Source: Gemmatimonadota bacterium (GTDB taxonomy: Bacteria > Latescibacterota > UBA2968 > UBA8231). Taken from it: a stretch of DNA of 10,284 nt. The notes beneath the pieces are model-generated. The model worked only from the letters and a program-made list of their open reading frames with translations. It was not told where the DNA came from and did not search any database. The DNA is taken from NCBI GenBank assembly GCA_038128265.1, contig JAYPJE010000099.1, forward strand, positions 1-10,284, written 5' to 3'. The stretch's first letter is position 1; every line of letters begins with the position of its first letter. Below are positions 7,380 to 10,284 of the stretch, piece by piece. Made by a program: the position numbers and the translations under genes.

Positions 7380-7407
7380 AGTATGCCCACGAAAGTGCAT
7401 TTGTCAA
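7380..7407 (-). promoter_or_regulatory. sigma70-like promoter pointing at the candidate sRNA
   Basis: Minus strand TTGACA (7407..7402), 16-bp spacer, CATACT (7385..7380); AT-rich tract upstream at 7408-7425. Confidence 0.5.
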
Positions 7408-7452
7408 TATTTACTCGTAAAAAAAGCGTCTTTTCTCGCGTTCTCCAGCGTA

Positions 7453-7480
7453 TTGACAACCCATGTGCACGCCTTAGATT
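7453..7480 (+). promoter_or_regulatory. sigma70-type promoter for top6B-top6A
   Basis: TTGACA (7453-7458), 16-bp spacer, TAGATT (7475-7480). Confidence 0.6.
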
Positions 7481-7572
7481 TTGCTCGCATATTCCCCCTA
7501 ATAATCCTGCGCGAAGCCACGGCGGGTCCATTCGCACGCGGGCTTTTTCGCATCCCTGCAAAAGGAATGTAG

Positions 7573-9198
7573 ATGGGTAAAAGCAAAGAGGCCCAGATGG
7601 ATTTACTCGCTGTCGATGCGGCCGCCGCTGCCCCGCGCAGCGGGCGCAACGGCAAGGCCACTGCGCAGTCGATGGCGTCGCGCCAGCGCGAAATTTCCGT
7701 CTCGGAATTTTTTAGTCGCAATCGCCATTTACTCGGTTTTGATAATCCGCGTCGCTCACTGCTGACGGGTATTAAAGAGGCTGTAGACAATAGTTTAGAT
7801 GCCTGCGAAGAAGCGGGTATACTGCCCGATATTGAAGTGCAACTTACGCAGGTGGCCGATGATCGATATATCATGCGCGTGTGCGATAATGGTCCGGGCA
7901 TCGTCAAGGGCCAGATTCCCAACATTTTCGGTAAGTTGCTCTACGGGTCAAAGTTCCACCGCTTGCGCATGTCGCGCGGACAGCAGGGGATCGGCATATC
8001 GGCTGCGAGCATGTATGGTCAATTGACGACGGGGAAAGCGACGCGCGTCATTTCGCGCACCGGTGTTCGTCGCTCGGCTAACTGCTACGAAATTCAGATC
8101 GACACTGCGCGCAACAAACCGCAAATCGTGCGCGAAGAACAGTGCGAGTGGGATCGTGCGCAGGGCACGCAGGTCGAAATCGAAATGGAGGCCCGCTATC
8201 AGCGCGGCCGCCAGTCAGTTGACGAATACCTGCGCCAGACCGCGCTGGCGAACCCGCATTTGCAGCTCTTGTACAAGGCGCCGGACGGGCGTGAAGAACT
8301 CTACGAACGCAGCAGCCAAGAAATGCCCGACGAGGCGCAGGAGATTAAACCGCATCCACACGGCATTGAGCTCGGTGTGCTGATGAAAATGCTGCAGGGT
8401 ACTCCGCATCGCACGCTGCAAGGCTTTTTGACGCAGGAGTTTTCGCGGGTATCGGTGCGCGTAGCCAAAGATATCTGCACGAAGGCCGATCTCAAGCCGA
8501 ACGGCCGGCCCAAGAGCATTGCGCGCGAAGAGAGCGATCGCCTCTTCAAGGCCATTAATGCGACCAAACTGATGCGCCCGCCAACCGACTGCATCGTTCC
8601 TATTGGCGAAGAGCTGTTGCTCGACTCATTGCGCACCAACGTCAACGCCGCGTTCTACGCATCGACGACGCGTCCGCCGTCTGTCTACAGGGGCAATCCC
8701 TTTCAAATTGAAGTAGCGGTGGCCTACGGTGGTGACATCAACCCAGAAGGCGCCGTGCAGCTCATGCGCTTTGCCAACCGGGTACCGTTGCTCTACCAGC
8801 CTTCGGCGTGCGCTATTACCCGCAGCCTGATCGACACGGACTGGCGCAATTACCGCATCAGCCAGAGCAATAATGCGCTGCCTACGGGGCCCTTGGTCGT
8901 GATGGTGCACGTGGCTTCTGTATGGGTTCCCTTCACATCGGAGAGCAAAGATGCCGTCGCACACTACGACGAAATTATCAAAGAAATCCGCTTAGGCGTG
9001 CAGGAATGCGGCCGCAAAGTTGGGGAGCATATTGGCAAAATGCGGCGCGAGGCCGAGGCGGCGCGCAAAAAGGATTATATCGCTCAGTACATAGGGCATA
9101 TCGCCGCTGCCTTGCAGGAGATAACGGGCGATAGTGATAAGAAAACGCAGAGCGTTGAAAACAATCTGCAGGGTCTTTTGGAGAGGAGTCGCTCGTGA
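7573..9198 (+). CDS. top6B: DNA topoisomerase VI subunit B
   Basis: [13 protein letters not shown] ATPase motifs [41 protein letters not shown]; transducer motifs [10 protein letters not shown] and [13 protein letters not shown] at 7562-7566. Confidence 0.97.
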   Translation: MGKSKEAQMDLLAVDAAAAAPRSGRNGKATAQSMASRQREISVSEFFSRNRHLLGFDNPRRSLLTGIKEAVDNSLDACEEAGILPDIEVQLTQVADDRYIMRVCDNGPGIVKGQIPNIFGKLLYGSKFHRLRMSRGQQGIGISAASMYGQLTTGKATRVISRTGVRRSANCYEIQIDTARNKPQIVREEQCEWDRAQGTQVEIEMEARYQRGRQSVDEYLRQTALANPHLQLLYKAPDGREELYERSSQEMPDEAQEIKPHPHGIELGVLMKMLQGTPHRTLQGFLTQEFSRVSVRVAKDICTKADLKPNGRPKSIAREESDRLFKAINATKLMRPPTDCIVPIGEELLLDSLRTNVNAAFYASTTRPPSVYRGNPFQIEVAVAYGGDINPEGAVQLMRFANRVPLLYQPSACAITRSLIDTDWRNYRISQSNNALPTGPLVVMVHVASVWVPFTSESKDAVAHYDEIIKEIRLGVQECGRKVGEHIGKMRREAEAARKKDYIAQYIGHIAAALQEITGDSDKKTQSVENNLQGLLERSRS

Positions 9199-10283
9199 AC
9201 GAAGAGCTATTAAAGCAGATTGCCAAAGAAGCCAAGAGCATCCGCGATAAGATTCTGCGCAAACAGAAACCGTCCATGAAGTTTCCGCTGCGCAACCTGA
9301 GCAACGTCAAATTCGATCCCAAAGCCGGATTTTTTCAAATTGGCCGCAAAACTAAAGAGCGCACGCTGGCCGTGTCGACGGTCAAGACCTTTGCCCAGTC
9401 GCTCAAGATGATTGCGCTGTCAAAAAATCTGATTGAGACGGATGATATAGCGACCAAGCGCGAAGCCTATTATGTGGCTAAAGGCTGGTCGGACGAAATT
9501 CGCTTTGCCGAACAGACCGAGTCCGATGCGGTGCTCGATGACGTAGAGGCTTTTTTCTCGGTCAATCGCGAACAGCTGGGTTTTGTTCCCGAGGAAAAAG
9601 GCGGCGAGGTCGCCGGCCGCCTAGTCGTGTACGACGTCGATCGCGACAGCGGCGAGGAGTTGGCCATCGACTGCACGCGGTTTGGTTCGGGCGCCTACTC
9701 AATTCCCATTTCAGTCGAGCATCTGCGCTTCGAGTCAGACGCCAAATTTATTCTCGCCATTGAAACGGCGGGCATGTTTCAGCGTTTGGTAAAGCATAAC
9801 TACTGGCGCACAGCTGACTGCATATTGGTCTCGATGGGGGGCGTGCCGACGCGTGCGACCCGACGCTTCATACGCCGTCTCAGCGAAGAGCTAGATATTC
9901 CCACCTATGCCTTTGTCGACTGCGACCCCTACGGCATCTGCAATATCTATCGCACGCTCAAAGTCGGTTCGGGCAATGCCGCCCATATAAACGAGGCCTT
10001 TTGCGTGCCGCGCGCCCACTTTCTAGGCGTGACGCCCGACGATATCGAAGAGTATGGCCTGCCGACGCACAAGATGACGGATGTCGATATTAAGCGTATT
10101 GACGATGCCTTGAAAAACGATCCCTTTGTTCAGCACTACAAGAAATGGCAGGACGCGCTGCTGAAGCTCAAAGAGATGGGGTATCGCGCCGAGCAGCAGG
10201 CCTTTGCCGTGCACGATCTCAATCACGTCATCGACACCTACCTACCGGAGAAATTGGAGAAGGCCAACCAGTTTTTGCCCTAA
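9195..10283 (+). CDS. top6A: DNA topoisomerase VI subunit A (Spo11 family)
   Basis: GTG start overlapping the top6B stop (GTGA), GAGGAG at 9183-9188. TKREAYY catalytic-Tyr motif, [14 protein letters not shown] motifs IETAGMF and DCDPYG, AEQQA. Confidence 0.97.
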   Translation: MNEELLKQIAKEAKSIRDKILRKQKPSMKFPLRNLSNVKFDPKAGFFQIGRKTKERTLAVSTVKTFAQSLKMIALSKNLIETDDIATKREAYYVAKGWSDEIRFAEQTESDAVLDDVEAFFSVNREQLGFVPEEKGGEVAGRLVVYDVDRDSGEELAIDCTRFGSGAYSIPISVEHLRFESDAKFILAIETAGMFQRLVKHNYWRTADCILVSMGGVPTRATRRFIRRLSEELDIPTYAFVDCDPYGICNIYRTLKVGSGNAAHINEAFCVPRAHFLGVTPDDIEEYGLPTHKMTDVDIKRIDDALKNDPFVQHYKKWQDALLKLKEMGYRAEQQAFAVHDLNHVIDTYLPEKLEKANQFLP

Positions 10284-10284
10284 G

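Noticed and set aside
7567..7572. In-frame ATG-TAG start-stop directly before the top6B ATG
   Set aside because: It abuts the SD with no spacer, so initiation is unlikely; probably chance.
7302..7580. 92-aa plus-strand ORF (or 70 aa from ATG 7368) across the spacer
   Set aside because: It runs through both promoters and the A tract, has non-protein-like composition, and the SD-ATG spacing at 7368 is only 2-3 nt.
1..10284. CRISPR array, IS element, recoding or pseudogene
   Set aside because: No regularly spaced repeats, transposase motifs, frameshifts or in-frame stops were seen in the recognised genes.

Overview
GC-rich bacterial chromosomal window, mostly housekeeping genes. In order: a partial tRNA-Phe(GAA) on the minus strand; a stand-alone GAF-like protein convergent with a CGWS monothiol glutaredoxin-like gene across a shared terminator; a divergent murA-family enolpyruvyl transferase; a translationally coupled trio (MazG-like pyrophosphohydrolase, TIM-barrel glycoside-hydrolase-like lipoprotein, SDR) ending in a terminator; a 680-aa hypothetical protein; and an archaeal-type topoisomerase VI operon (top6B-top6A). 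The best unexplained signal is in the 7277-7572 spacer. It holds a candidate ~95-nt minus-strand small RNA with its own sigma70-like promoter, a strand-specific 19-bp GNRA-capped hairpin and two anti-Shine-Dalgarno/anti-AUG motifs, transcribed back-to-back with the Topo VI promoter. No mobile element or CRISPR array was seen. All protein calls come from motif recognition by eye; no searches were run.
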